From Octopus vulgaris (Eukaryota): a stretch of 64,000 nt of DNA. This document shows, piece after piece, positions 39,839 to 52,483 of the stretch. The position numbers were made by a program, and so were the translations under genes. Under the pieces are notes generated by a model. It did no database searches and had not been told where the DNA came from. It worked only from the letters and a program-made list of their open reading frames with translations. The DNA is taken from NCBI GenBank assembly GCA_951406725.2, contig OX597822.1, forward strand, positions 113,460,001-113,524,000, in the 5' to 3' direction. Numbering within the stretch: the first letter of the stretch is position 1; each line of letters begins with the position of its first letter.

Positions 39839-40112
39839 TATAAATATACAATGTGTGTGCGTGTGTGTGTGTGAAAAAGGACGGTACTAAAATCTAAACT
39901 AGTTAACAAATATCACTATTTTAAGGTGTGTATAAAAACCCGGACTAAACTCGTGCATTGCAATCGTTTCCTTTCTACGCAAAAGCGGAATTCAATTTCT
40001 AGGTTACATAAAAGTAAAATTAGTTACGTTTGTCTAAATTTATAAGTATATGTGTGAGTGTGACAGTGTCGAAGTAAGTGTTTGCAATGATTATAGATTA
40101 AATAATTAAAAA

Positions 40113-40361
40113 AATAAATAAATGCGCCCTTTTAAAGCCTAGCCAGGCTCATGGGCCCGGTTTCTAGGGCGTATGTGTTCACCAGCTGGACGGGACGCCA
40201 GTCCATCGCAGCGTTACTCATTTTTGCCAGCTGAGTGGACTGGAGCAACGTGAAATGAAGTGTTTTGGTCAAGAACACAACGCGTCACCCGGTCCAGGAA
40301 TCGAAACTACAATCTTACGATCATGCTGCTGACACCCTAACCACTAAGCCACGCGCCTCCA
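40113..40361 (-). mobile_element. SINE C with V-domain-like tail
   Basis: Reverse complement of ggaggcgcgtggcttagtggttaggg...gcgatggactggcgtcccgtccag. Confidence 0.82.
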
Positions 40362-41473
40362 CAGTTTAAATAATTGAATCAATAAAAAATTATTATTGTT
40401 TCTTCATATATTTAATAAGCTCTTGTAAATATCAGACCATTGTGTTAACTCAATACAGAAGAAACAGAAGAAACGAAGCATAAAAGCAACAATAAAGAAA
40501 ATTTCTGTAATAATATAAGATATTGGTAGTTAGACGAATCAAAATGTTAAAAACTAAAATACCCCAACAAACCGACAAAATAATCAAGAGTTAGGACTTA
40601 AGTTAGCGTTAGTCTCTATAAATAGTTACAATTGAATCTATGTTAACAACTAAAAATTAGAATGAACATCTGGTTTCCTAGATCAGCTGTTATCATTTGG
40701 CGCCAATCTGAGATGAGATTAAAAAAAAAAGTGTGGATAATTTATTGAATCTATTCTGTTGCGTCAAAGAAATGCTTATTTGTTGCACCTGCTTTCGACT
40801 ATCTTATTGTTTAACATTTCGGATCTCTTTCGTTGCAATATTGTCGGTCGTTATCTCAGAACGGAACTAGGAATTGTATATCACCAACAAATTACACCAA
40901 GGTGATGGGTCAATGAGACTTTGTATCAAAGCTTTGTACGTCAAATGCGGAAGTTACATTGTACTACCAAAGAAACTCCTAGTAAGGACTGCGCGGGATA
41001 ATGTGGGTGTATCAGAACAAATCTACCTTTAATGATATGTTATAGAGTGAATTCGACTACTCACATTTTGTTATATATTTATATTATTTTATTGATAAAA
41101 TCAGTGAGCTGGCACACCGGACGAAATGTTTAGCGGCTTCCGGAGTCGATAAACTTGAGCGCGGGGTCAATCAAATCGACATATCCCCTCCCTCAAACTT
41201 GCTGGCTTTGGGCCAAAATTTGGAATTACGAAGCAGCGTGCTGGCAGGATCGTTAGTAAGCCGGGAAAAAATGTTTGGCGGCATTTTGTCCGTCTTTACG
41301 TTCTGAGTTCAAATTTCGCCGAGGTCGACTTTGCTGTTCATCATTTCGGGGTCGATGAAATAAGTACCAGTTGAACACTGGGGTCAATGTAATCGAAGAG
41401 AAAATCTGAAGAGAAAATATAGATATTTGTAGAAAATATGTGATTTAATATCAGATAACGTCATAATATATTC

Positions 41474-41583
41474 CAGTGGTTCCCAACCAGGGGCACTCGG
41501 ACCTTTGATGATCCACAAAGGTAGTATTGGGAGTCCGGGAACTAAATTCAAAATTTCATACACACACACACACACACACACAT

Positions 41584-41655
<72 letters not shown>

Positions 41656-41730
41656 ATAAGCATATTAAAAGATGTCCGTGGAAAAACTCATTTAAATAAA
41701 AGGGATGGGGACCAGTGTTGGGGACCACTG
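41474..41730. mobile_element. hAT (Charlie-like) MITE with internal microsatellite
   Basis: TIRs cagtggttcccaa / ttggggaccactg; degenerate 8-bp TSD atatattc / atctgttc. Confidence 0.75.
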
Positions 41731-42193
41731 ATCTGTTCTACTGCAATACTGCATTATTTATGACTCCCGCCAAATAAGGATACCAAAATCACCCTTAGTT
41801 TCCTTTCATATTCATTAATTTATCAGAAACGATGTTCAAACAATGATCACAAACGATTATATTTTGCAACATCCAAATATTTTGTTTTATTTTATTTTAA
41901 ATAATTTCGGTTTACAGCTGTTTCCCGAATTGCAAGTTATTTAATATTTCCGATATAGTATCGAACCATCAATTGCATTGTCCTCTTTGGTGAACCTTGT
42001 ATTGATGCTGGTCTCTTTCCTATTGAAAAACACTTTTCTTTCCATAACTTGTGTCATTCAAAAACTTCAAAACGAAACTAGTTTAGGTTCAAATGTGCTG
42101 TAAGTTGTTCGTTGTCTTTAGAATGGACTCTTTATTTTGGCCTCATCTAATGTGGCTGTTAAGCACATATACCTTCTTGAAATTTCTACTTCG

Positions 42194-42262
<69 letters not shown>

Positions 42263-43998
42263 TGTGTGTGTATGTGTGTGTATGTGTGTGTGTGTATTTT
42301 ATTTATCTCTAAACCGTTATAAACCATGAAGCAACGGTGATAATGAGCGCTTCGTAATGGGCGGTTTCTTTATTCCTCAAGTGTGGTAGTCACTGATTGA
42401 GAGAAATATGAGGAAAGCGACACGCGAGACTATTTACTCAATCTCTTCAATTAACGAGGGAAGCATTATGTTGGATGAGATAAAAGGAAGCCGGTATTTC
42501 ATGTCCACTAATATTCAAGAAATCCATACTTTTTTTCTGTTGCGATCCATCTGGTTAGGGAGTCGAGATTGAAAGACGTAAATTTTGAATGACACAAAAG
42601 AAGGATAAAGATGACTTTTTGTTATACGACTTGTGGAGAAAGTTCAAAGGCAAGTGGGAAAGGTCGGCAGTAACTTAACATCCTAGAAATTTAATATCTT
42701 TTCGTTTTCTTTTTATTTTGTTTTTAAATCTACCGAAGACATGTTTTTCTGGGCGCAAATAATAGCAGAGAAATGGGGTAGTTTTATTTCCAAGCAGTTT
42801 CTTTTCCCCTTAATTACTATAGTTAAATTTTATCAGTAAATTCTTCTCTGAAGCATTCTCGTAGATCATTAGAAGAGTGTATAAAAGAAATAAAAAGGCG
42901 TCTGTGATATAAATTTAGCTAAAGAAGAATCACTACAACCAAACGTTTACGTTGCATTGGGTAATTAATACCGAGAGAAAACCATCCAAATAACTGGCTC
43001 CCGTGTTTATAACACAGGGGAAGATAATTAAACTCTCCGTGATGGGTATTTAGCGAATGCGCGGTTGCTGCTTTGCCAAGCAATTTTGCAGCTTTTAGTC
43101 AAACAAAACTACAGAATTATGAGCAAGTCTTTCAATGGGGTCCAAATTTCCATCAGCACATTTAGATATTCGCTTTCCAATTCATACCATAACACATAAT
43201 GGTATAATATGTGTGTGTCTGTGTGTGTGTGTGTGTGCTGTGTGTGCGTGTGTGTGTGTATGTGTGTGTGCCTGTGTGTGTATGCATCTGTGCGTGTATG
43301 CATGTATGTGCACGCGTGTGTGTGTGCATGTACATAGGTATGTGTGCATATATACACACGCACGTGTTTAACGGCATTTAATACGTCTTTACGTTCTGAG
43401 TTCAAATTCCGACGAGGTCGACCTTACCTTTCATCCTTTCTGAGTTGATCAATTAAGTACTAGTTGAGTACTGGGGGTCAATGCATTCGATTCATTCCCT
43501 CCCCCAAAACTGGTGGCCTGGTGCCAAAATTTGAAACCAATATTATTATTGTTATCGTTGTTGCTGTTTTATTCCTTTTCCTGGTTCCAGTCTTTAGATT
43601 ATGACTATGCAAGGGCATGTCATAATTTCGATAGATATCTTTTCATAGACAAAGGGTTCTTTACTCCCTCTAAATATCTAAATCTGAAAACCAGTAACTG
43701 ACAAATGGAATCTTTTGGAAGAATTGTTTGACTCTAAGGAGCGAGGTGGAGGCTGGTAACGAGGATATGTAACGTGATTTACAAAGTTTGTGGTGTGTAT
43801 AGTTATTTACTCTTTTACTTGATTCAGTCATTTGACTGCGGCCATGCTGGAGCACGCCTTTAGTCGACCAAATCGACCCCGGGACTTTGTAAGCCTAATA
43901 CTTATTGTAACGGTCTCTTATGCCGAACTGCTAAGTTACGGGGACGTAAACACACCAGCATCGGTTTGTCATCGGATGACAAACACAAACACATACAC

Positions 43999-44127
<129 letters not shown>

Positions 44128-44281
44128 CCTGCTCGCTTAGCCATGGGGTGGCGTCATTCGAAGGCTAAAACAATGCGAACGCATTTTGACCAGCGATGTT
44201 AGTTAGTTAGTTAGTTAATTTGGCTCAAAAGCAAATAGCAAGGCCATGTAGGGGGACATGGAGTTAAGTACAGGGTGGTGT

Positions 44282-47170
44282 TCATGTAAAGAGTTCAGGC
44301 CACTTGAGGTCCAGGGAGGCTTTGAACAAAGCGGTCGTCGGCATCTTCACCATCTCATCTGGCAGCTTCTTCCACGGATCCGCAACCCGGACGGAGAAAG
44401 CTCCTCTCCTTCGATTGAGATGAAATCGTCGCAGGTAGAGCTTTTCGGAATGACCCCGCAACCGACGCTCCGGAGCAGGAGTGAAGAACAGCTCTTTCGA
44501 GAGGTTACACTTCCCGCTTATGATGTTGTGGGCGAGAATGAGATCACCACGGCGGCGGCGTTTTTCAAGAGAATAAAGGTCGAGCGTCCTCAGCCTTTCT
44601 TCGTAGGACAAATTTTTGAGACCATGAACCAGGCGGGTAGCCAGCCTCTGGACTCTTTCGAGGTGCTGTATGTCTTTGAGGAGATAAGGAGAAGAGGCTT
44701 GAATCCCATACTCCAATATGGGTCTCACCAGCGTGACATAGAGTGGCAGGAATATGGCTGCTGTGAGCACTCCGAATGACCGTCGAATCAAAAACAGAAT
44801 TCCGCGCGCTTTGTTGGCAGCATGGACGCACTGGGCCGAAGGCGAAAAGGAGGAATCCACCAAGATACCCAGGTCCTTTACCTGATCGGTCCTCTCCAGC
44901 AGCAGACGACCCGGCTCGAAATCAAGTTGAGTTGTAGGAGTAGAGCCGACAGGCAGATGACAGCACTTTGACACGTTCAGACACAGGTCCCAATCGTTAG
45001 ACCACTTCCAAATTTGGTGGAGGCATCGACGAAGATCCTCTATACTACCGCGAGGAGCGACCAGTTTGATATCGTCGGCAAATAGAAGGGTGTGTTGCGT
45101 GAGGTCGTCGGGCAAGTCATTTATGAAGACTAAGAACAACAAGGGCCCAAGCACTGAACCTTGAGGCACGCCACTGCTCGCACTGGAGACGTCGGACCGC
45201 GAACCATTAACTTGAACTTGGAAGGAGCGATCTGAGAGGAAGGCACCAACCCATCGTACAATATCCGGATGGAAACTATATGCTTGAAGCTTGACAAGTA
45301 GTAGGCGGTGGTTTACCGAGTCAAAAGCTTTGGCAAAGTCCAATAAAACGATGTCAACAGCATCACTATCATCGAGGATGCGTGTCACCAATTCTTCCAT
45401 TACTAGTAAGTTGGTCAAGCATGATCTCTTCGGCACGAAGCCGTGTTGGGAATCAGTGATCGAGGCTGTGTTTAGGAGGTGGAGCATCATACTTTTCTTA
45501 AGGATGGTTTCGAACATCTTGCTGATTATTGATGTAAGGGAAACCGGTCGGTAGTTAAGCGGGTCTTCGCGGCTCCCTTTCTTGAAAATTGGGCAGATTA
45601 TCGCTGTTCTCCAGTCTGCAGGTATAACACCCGTCGCCAATGACATATTGAATAGTCGTGTTAAGGGCTCGCAGATGACCGGAGCCAACGCTTTGATAAC
45701 CCGTGGGTGTATGCCGTCAGGGCCGTGACCCTTGTTGACATCGAGGCCTTGAATAACACGTTTGACTTCGTCCCGCGTGATGATCAATCGAAGCATTGGA
45801 GGTACCGATCTATCAAATGGAGGGGGTTCACGACCATCATCTTGTTTGAAAATAGTTGAAAAAGCCTCGGCAAATAATTGACTCTGTTGATAAGGGTCCT
45901 CAATCGATACGCCTGTTGAGTCTACCAATGTTACAATCTGGTTGTTCAAGCGGGAATTCCGCTGGACATGGGCAAAGAAGGTTTTTGGATTGCTACTGGC
46001 ATTTGCCGCGATTTTGTATTCATAACTGAAGCGTTCTTTCTTTTCAATTTTCACGGCTCGGTCTCGTTGAGTTTTGTACACCTCAAAAGCTGCAGTCGAA
46101 TCCAGATTTTTGAATTCAGCCCAAGCAATATCTCTGAGTCGACGTTCTCGTTTAACCTTCTTCGTCACCCAGGGCTTGTGTTTCTTCCTCTTGGGAAGTC
46201 CAACGGGAACTGCCTGGTCAGTCAAACAGATTACATATGCTTTGAGGGATGACCATAGTTCGTCAACTGAGGACAACGTCATCAGGGAACGCCAGTCCAG
46301 AAGCGCGGAAGCCTCGGTTAGAATTTCAAGATTAATTGCAGAGAAGACTCTACGTGGCAGCGAAGTAATCGTGGGCGTGGAAAAAGTTGTGTGCATGACG
46401 AACTTCAGGACCGCATGATCACTCTTGGCAAGAGGGGCGCACACAGATACGTCTGACACTGATCTTGGATAGCGGGAGAATACCAGATCTAGCATAGATG
46501 GCTGCTGCCCAGACCGATGCCTTGTCGGATATTCAACATGTTGCGATAGAAAACAATCTTCAGCCACGTCAAGAAGGGCCTGGCCGAACCGGGAAGATGT
46601 TGTACAAATTGATGCGGGCCAATCGATCATGGGAGCGTTGAAGTCGCCTAGTACCAAGCAGTCATGCGAAGCTGAAACGAATCTTATCGCCTCGAGTAGA
46701 TGAGCATCGTCCTGGGAGTCGGCTAGAGGCGGCCTGTAGACAGCCAACACGGGCAGGCAAAACTCAGATAGGCTCAGCTTGCAATAGACGGCATCGAATT
46801 TGGTTGTAGGTTGAGCATTTGTGGGTAGAATACCGCAGGACGGTTTGTGCTCAGACTTAACATACACAGCAACACCTCCACCTCGCCTTTTTCCTCTGTC
46901 ACATCTGAAAAGGACGTAGCCCTGCAGGTGGATCTCTGAGTCCTTTACTGCTGGAGTCAGCCAAGTCTCGGTGATAGCTATCACATCAGGGGAGTCGCGT
47001 AGGGCCAGTGTAAATAGTTCACTGAACTTTGGGAATAAGGAGCACGAGTTGGTGTAGACGATGCTGAGCTGTGAAGTCTGAGGGGCGGGAGTTGGGGAAC
47101 AAGCAAAATAAAGGGCATCAGAGATAGCATCGTTGACGGGGGTATCAACTTCACTTCGATTTGCCCTCAC
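44282..47170 (-). CDS. LINE ORF2: AP endonuclease plus reverse transcriptase (CR1/L2 group); frame actually open up to 47398
   Basis: EN motifs VYTN, IAITETWL, VYRPP, GDFN, LDLVF, SDH; RT motifs GPDGI, NYRPVSLTS, QHGF, DFAKAFD, GVPQGSVLGPLLF, LFADD; CR1-type C-terminus RRRRGDL..LRGH..RV..WKKLP; no RNase H or CCHC. Confidence 0.95.
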   Translation of the reverse strand: MRANRSEVDTPVNDAISDALYFACSPTPAPQTSQLSIVYTNSCSLFPKFSELFTLALRDSPDVIAITETWLTPAVKDSEIHLQGYVLFRCDRGKRRGGGVAVYVKSEHKPSCGILPTNAQPTTKFDAVYCKLSLSEFCLPVLAVYRPPLADSQDDAHLLEAIRFVSASHDCLVLGDFNAPMIDWPASICTTSSRFGQALLDVAEDCFLSQHVEYPTRHRSGQQPSMLDLVFSRYPRSVSDVSVCAPLAKSDHAVLKFVMHTTFSTPTITSLPRRVFSAINLEILTEASALLDWRSLMTLSSVDELWSSLKAYVICLTDQAVPVGLPKRKKHKPWVTKKVKRERRLRDIAWAEFKNLDSTAAFEVYKTQRDRAVKIEKKERFSYEYKIAANASSNPKTFFAHVQRNSRLNNQIVTLVDSTGVSIEDPYQQSQLFAEAFSTIFKQDDGREPPPFDRSVPPMLRLIITRDEVKRVIQGLDVNKGHGPDGIHPRVIKALAPVICEPLTRLFNMSLATGVIPADWRTAIICPIFKKGSREDPLNYRPVSLTSIISKMFETILKKSMMLHLLNTASITDSQHGFVPKRSCLTNLLVMEELVTRILDDSDAVDIVLLDFAKAFDSVNHRLLLVKLQAYSFHPDIVRWVGAFLSDRSFQVQVNGSRSDVSSASSGVPQGSVLGPLLFLVFINDLPDDLTQHTLLFADDIKLVAPRGSIEDLRRCLHQIWKWSNDWDLCLNVSKCCHLPVGSTPTTQLDFEPGRLLLERTDQVKDLGILVDSSFSPSAQCVHAANKARGILFLIRRSFGVLTAAIFLPLYVTLVRPILEYGIQASSPYLLKDIQHLERVQRLATRLVHGLKNLSYEERLRTLDLYSLEKRRRRGDLILAHNIISGKCNLSKELFFTPAPERRLRGHSEKLYLRRFHLNRRRGAFSVRVADPWKKLPDEMVKMPTTALFKASLDLKWPELFT

Positions 47171-47709
47171 ATCACTTTCCCTGTCAGCACTACAGCATGG
47201 GACCAGAGGTAGGACTTGATTATCTGTCCATCTTGGATTCGTAAACCCTTCTCTCCCATTTGTTTCCTCATCTTTAGCTCGGATATCAGGTTCCTCCGGC
47301 GAATTCTCTCTCTTAGTGAGTATTCCTCGCGAAAACCCATATTGGGGTCCTCCCAGGCATGCGTCTGAGCTCTGTTCAGAAAGACTGAAGCCTCCCGATC
47401 AGAAGAAAAGATTACCCTTATTGGGCGTGGTCTAGTATCTGCGGTTGGGTTCGCTTGGAATCTTCCTAGCCGAGCGACCTTAAGAACACTGACATTTTCG
47501 TTCACAGAGAACAATTTTCCAACCAAAATGGAAACAAAATTAATGTCATCTTTTAGGCGGTTTATGCCTGTATCACAGGTGGATTCCGCTTTGCCATATA
47601 TTATTGCCGATCTTGAGTGGGCAAAAAGTTCTCTACTATGAGCTGCGGTATTCGATTCTTCGTTGGAGGATTTCGAAAGAGTGGTTTCATAGCCATCGGA
47701 CTTATGTCG
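47167..47709 (-). CDS. LINE ORF1, C-terminal part (RRM/CTD-like RNA-binding region); N-terminus lost by 5' truncation
   Basis: AIIYG..E, RLGRF...RPRPIRVIF, basic tail ERIRRRNL..ELKMRK, typical of CR1/L2 ORF1; the first 10 aa of the track ORF come from flanking SINE DNA. Confidence 0.8.
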   Translation of the reverse strand, partial: RHKSDGYETTLSKSSNEESNTAAHSRELFAHSRSAIIYGKAESTCDTGINRLKDDINFVSILVGKLFSVNENVSVLKVARLGRFQANPTADTRPRPIRVIFSSDREASVFLNRAQTHAWEDPNMGFREEYSLRERIRRRNLISELKMRKQMGEKGLRIQDGQIIKSYLWSHAVVLTGKVM

Positions 47710-47742
47710 GTAACAACATCTGATGGTCTGGTCGGTCACGTG

Positions 47743-47813
<71 letters not shown>

Positions 47814-48695
47814 GACGGGCTTCTTTGAGTTTCCGTCATCCAAATCCACTCACAAGACTTTGGTCGGCTATAGTAGAAGACACTTGTCTAAGGTGCCACG
47901 CAGTGGGACTGAACCCAGAACCATGTAATTGGTAAGCAAGCTACTTACCTCACAACTACTCCTGCGTCTATTTATTAACAATTCAAATAAGTTAGTTATT
48001 ATTCAGTTATTATTCATTCTGATTTCTATTATCGGTATTTGATCATAGGTTTAAAATTTTACTTTTTATTTATTGTTAACTACTGGAGGCTTTTGGTGTG
48101 GGTTTGTCACACAGACAACTGTTACCAACCGATCAAACTTCATTTTTGCTTAGAAAGTCTACCACACCTATGAGTGTGTATGTGTGTGTACCGTAAACAT
48201 TCATTTTCATGTTTTCACATTGCAGCTGAGTATTAATGCTTCTCTGCTTCACACCATTTGTTCTTTCTCTCACTTGATTTTACTTTTCCCGGAAGTGGCA
48301 CTCGCCAGCATAAGGGGCACCCATTACGCTAATCTGTTTAATTGATCATCTTGAAGGCCAAATCAATACCCATTATCAGGGACTCACCCACAAATCCCCA
48401 CCGTTATTATATTGACAATAGTACAGGTGCTTCTTTCTTTACTCGTGAACAAGTCACCTCTTTCATTTCCTACCACTCTAATTTGAGATTGGCAGCAACC
48501 ATCTCGAGCACCTGCCAATTTCTCGGCACTTTTTCCGATTCACCATTCCAGCATCGTCTCCATCTGTTTTCTTTTAACAAAACCTCTCACTCATCCCACT
48601 CCTTCGCCCTTCCTGCTCCGCCTCACTCACACTAAGTCAGCTATTTTGTAAGACACCAATTCCCAACTACACAGAAATACCAATATTTGACTTAC

Positions 48696-48800
48696 TTCAT
48701 TGAACGCTGGATGAGGTTCCGGTTGATGTTAAAAGCCAAAAATGTCAAACTACCACTGGAAAGTTCCACACCAATATCAACTTTGACAGACATTTTCTAC
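48696..48800 (-). CDS. Candidate 105-nt exon, possibly a first coding exon (ATG 48793: MSVKVDIGVELSSGSLTFLAFNINRNLIQRSM..)
   Basis: Acceptor ttttttttttttaattttcag, donor AA|gtaagt; in-frame TAG just upstream of AAAATG; the other two frames are closed; protein not recognised. Confidence 0.45.
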
Positions 48801-48928
48801 CTGAAAATTAAAAAAAAAAACAGGTAGAGGCTTAACATCTGTTCAAATAAGCTTTAAGGGTTGCAACAGTTTTACAGCATCAAGTTTTGAGAGCATCCAT
48901 GAGTCAAAACTGTATACACGAAGCAAAT

Positions 48929-49063
48929 GGTTGTCCCAAAAGTTCGTAAACACTTGCGAAAATTGAATTTTTACTCGCCAAGTACTAACAAAAACAACAA
49001 AAATTATTCCTCAAAATAAAGACCATTATTTTCCAAGACTTTCTACGAACTTTTGGGACAACC
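48929..49063. mobile_element. Tc1/mariner-type MITE (135 bp)
   Basis: Perfect 20-bp TIRs ggttgtcccaaaagttcgta (48929-48948) / tacgaacttttgggacaacc (49044-49063). Confidence 0.8.
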
Positions 49064-50971
49064 TTATAGTATCACGCATGAAGATTGGTAAGGATCTTCT
49101 TAAAAGGTAATCCTTGACTGATAAATGGAAATGCACACGCGGTGAAGTTGCACAACTCTACCACCATGGGGCATCAGAAGAGAAGCTTTCTTGCTTACAA
49201 AAGATCATGTTGTTAAAAAGCATCAGACTGACAGCACCACAGATAAACCAGAGTTATATCGAGTGTGTAGCTGATTGCTACTTGCGTTGCTTGTTTAGGC
49301 AAGAATGTTGCCCGTGCAACTGTCAACCAGTCTCGCACATCAAGTTTAAGGTTTATTGTTGCATTTATTTTTTTTAATAGGTTGATGACTGCATCAGCGT
49401 AGAATATGAATTTCCTCTGCTAATAATCGACTCTCTCTCTCTCTCCCAAGTGATTCTCCAATTCGGTAGTTTTACAACAACTGTCAGAAGTGTTTCACAG
49501 GTGATATATGTTGCTGGGAAGTCGTTTAGACATTACTCATCCCGAAGCTCATTTAATTATAGCATTGAAACTGTGCTGTTTATTTATGTTCATGATTCCC
49601 CCCACGTTGAATCCACAACAACCGATGAGGGAAGTCATTGATAACCTTGAAATGATGACCTTTCATACTGCGATATACATTTTATAGGTTTAATGCAAAC
49701 ATGCAGTTCATAGTTCTACGTTGTTGTAATTTCATACGAAATCAAAACTTTTTATTTACCTCTCATAGCTTGTGTTTAATTGCAATTAGTTTACCTGTGT
49801 TTCCTACGTGTGTGTATGTGCTTTGGGGTTTAGTTTTAAATTTCTTCTCATAGACAGAGAACAAAGAGCGATAAATTTGATGTGTCAGACTTGTGGACGA
49901 TAATTGCACGGGCAGCACTCGTGCTTAAAGAAGCAAGAAATGCGTGTAGCAGTAACCAACTCACCTATAGCATGCTCGAATGTTGTGTATCAAATGTGCA
50001 CAATTTATATACATACATTGCTGTGTAAGAACTGTACACGTTTATACATGTGGCCGTGTATAAATTACACATTTACACACATCGTTGTTGCTTGAATGTG
50101 TTTCTCTTGTGAAATAAATTATACGGAAACTAATGAGCAAGAAGTAAGAAAGAAAGGAGCCTTGGGCTGTAATGAACTTCTCTTCAGCAACAACACTCCT
50201 TATGAAGGCGAGGCAGCATCACTGAAGTCCACTGACTGTATAGATTGACTCTAAGATATTTCACTCCGCGTACTTGAGGCAATACATCTTACCGAGTTTC
50301 CAGATGCTATAGTCAATACCGTTAAAAACATTGCCCACAACAAAGTTCACACAGCTTTATTTACTGAAGCAACTGCTTTAGTCTCAAACAGAATTAGTTT
50401 ATCGACTGGAAATTCCATGGTTTCAACATATACGTAAAGTTATTTGCCCTGACGGTGAATCTTTTATCAGCGTCGTTGAAGAGACGGCCAGGCTACAGGT
50501 CATGATCTGCAGAGGAAAGAAAAACTAATGCCGTCCTTTTTTTCAATGTCTTTTAAGCTAATATTTCCTATACCAAGACTTAGGACTGGAGATAAAATTC
50601 TTACTGGGCAAAGAAGTGAATTAGCGCACCTACTTTTTAATCACCTGCGTAAAAGTTTTCATCAAGCGAGGAATATGGATATCAATGGCCTCTCGCCGAT
50701 AACGAAAACTACAAATATCTCGGAATTAATGAGAATATTGCACTCGTTATTGCAGTGATGTTGTGAGTAGAGCTAAAGGAATTCTTTAGCAGACAGAGAA
50801 TGATAAGGAATAAGAATTGTTCCTACACAATAAGAACATGTCCCATAATGTTTTTGAAGTAAAAGTGCAAGATTTGACATTGTAGATACTCGAAGAGATC
50901 TGCAAATTGGTCATTAAGACTAGGAAGATACTAATCATCTCGGGAAACTTCCACATCAATAATAACATTGA

Positions 50972-51063
50972 CACTGGCCTATGGCGTAGTGGTTAAGAGT
51001 GCGGTCTACTAACCCCAAGATTCCGAGTTCGATTCCAGACAGTGACCTCAATAATAATAATAA
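50972..51063 (+). mobile_element. tRNA-like short SINE or pseudo-tRNA with (AAT)n tail
   Basis: A box tggcgtagtggtt, B box gagttcgattcc, weak anticodon stem, followed by aataataataataa. Confidence 0.6.
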
Positions 51064-52483
51064 GAGAGTATCTTATAGAGAGAATTCCAAAATAGTCTGG
51101 AACAAGCAGTCAAATCTTCGATTGGTTTACAATCTTCAATTGTAAATCTTACATAGAATTGATAAATATAGAACAGATTTTAACTTTCTACTTTAGTCAA
51201 AAGGTAAATTTGATAGCATTTGAACAGGAAGATATTTGCAAGTTATCCTGTTTGACCTGTACTTCAGGGTAACTTCGATCCTAAGCATTTGAGATCATTC
51301 CACATGAACATTTAGTTAAGAGGTTAAGATAAAGACTCAATAAATATTGTTTATCGGATCTAGAATTAGATATATGATCTTCAGCACAGTGTCATCATAC
51401 GCTATTTCATACAAAACTGACAAACCAACAACGCCCAGAAACAAAGGAACCATTCAACAAATGGCTTCAGTAAAATAGTTTTAGATTTTAAATATGTCAG
51501 ATATAGAAAGTACCAACCATTTTTTATTGGCCGCTGTTTTCCTGTTCTTCCGTACTGGGGGTCAGTATAAACATCTACATTGTTAAGGATCTGGTTATTT
51601 CATTACCTTTAGCAAAAGTCTCAGATCTAAAGCTGTGCTTTGCTTTCCCTTCCCAATATCTTCTAGATTTTCTCTGAACCAATTTAAGTATTAGTTCGCT
51701 TTCCCGTAAGTAAACAGCCTAACAAAACAGACCAGCTTGCATCGTGCAAGTTTCTTTGACATTTAAAAAGCGATTTAATCGGATTGCCAAAAAAGATAAG
51801 AATGGACAAAAAAAAATGTGCTGGCTTATAATAACAGTAGGATACCAGACAGTAAAACATAATATCTGGAATTGTAAGGCAATTAAAAGGCAAACCCTGA
51901 TGACAAATACTTATTGGTAAGAAAAATGACAGACAAGTTGAGAAAAAAGAAAATATAAGGAATAATTCTCGAACAAAAAAATCATGGAACACGTTCCACT
52001 TCTCATATAATTTCAAATGTTTTATTCAACGCCTAAGGCTTTCGTTAACCAATTCTTCTTAGCAGTCGATATTATAAAAAAAGTAATATCAATGATATAT
52101 ACCATTACAACGTCTCCGGTTGATTTAATTTTACTCTATGTAGATTAAGTTTTACTTCAAGATAATTTAAGACGAGGGATTTTAAGCAAAAAGAAAAAAA
52201 TTACTTCATTTTTCATTATATTACAATCATAAATTCAAATTTCACCCCACCCTTTTCTCTCTCTTTCAACACACACACACGTTTTTATATAGATTTCATA
52301 TTTTGGCACCAGGCCAGCAATTTTGGGGGAAGGGTTAAGCTGATTAAATTAACTCCAGTGATGAACTCGGAACGGAAAGACAGAGGAAATGTCGCTAAGC
52401 ATTTTGACCGACTTGCTAATGATTATGCCAGTTCGCCTACTACACGCATCCACACACACATATATACATATATACATATATAT

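Larger units (their letters stand above)
44200..47709 (-). mobile_element. CR1-group non-LTR retrotransposon, 5'-truncated within ORF1, intact ORF2, (TAAC)n tail
   Basis: Short 3' UTR with stem-loop CCATGT-6nt-ACATGG (44244-44261) and (TAAC)4-5 tail; flanks rejoin into the SINE tail seen at 38671-38785; clearly more GC-rich than the surroundings. Confidence 0.93.

Noticed and set aside
44258-46418. Plus-strand ORFs (173, 87, 94, 114 aa) and an 88-aa alternative-frame ORF within the LINE
   Set aside because: Shadow ORFs of a GC-rich coding region; no independent motifs.
47710-47739. Annotated GTG start and first 10 codons of ORF1
   Set aside because: They lie in the flanking SINE tail, outside the LINE.
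50972-51045. Functional tRNA gene
   Set aside because: Poor acceptor and anticodon stems, atypical ACT anticodon, (AAT)n tail and no poly-T terminator; better read as a SINE or pseudogene. The same applies to all SINE heads.
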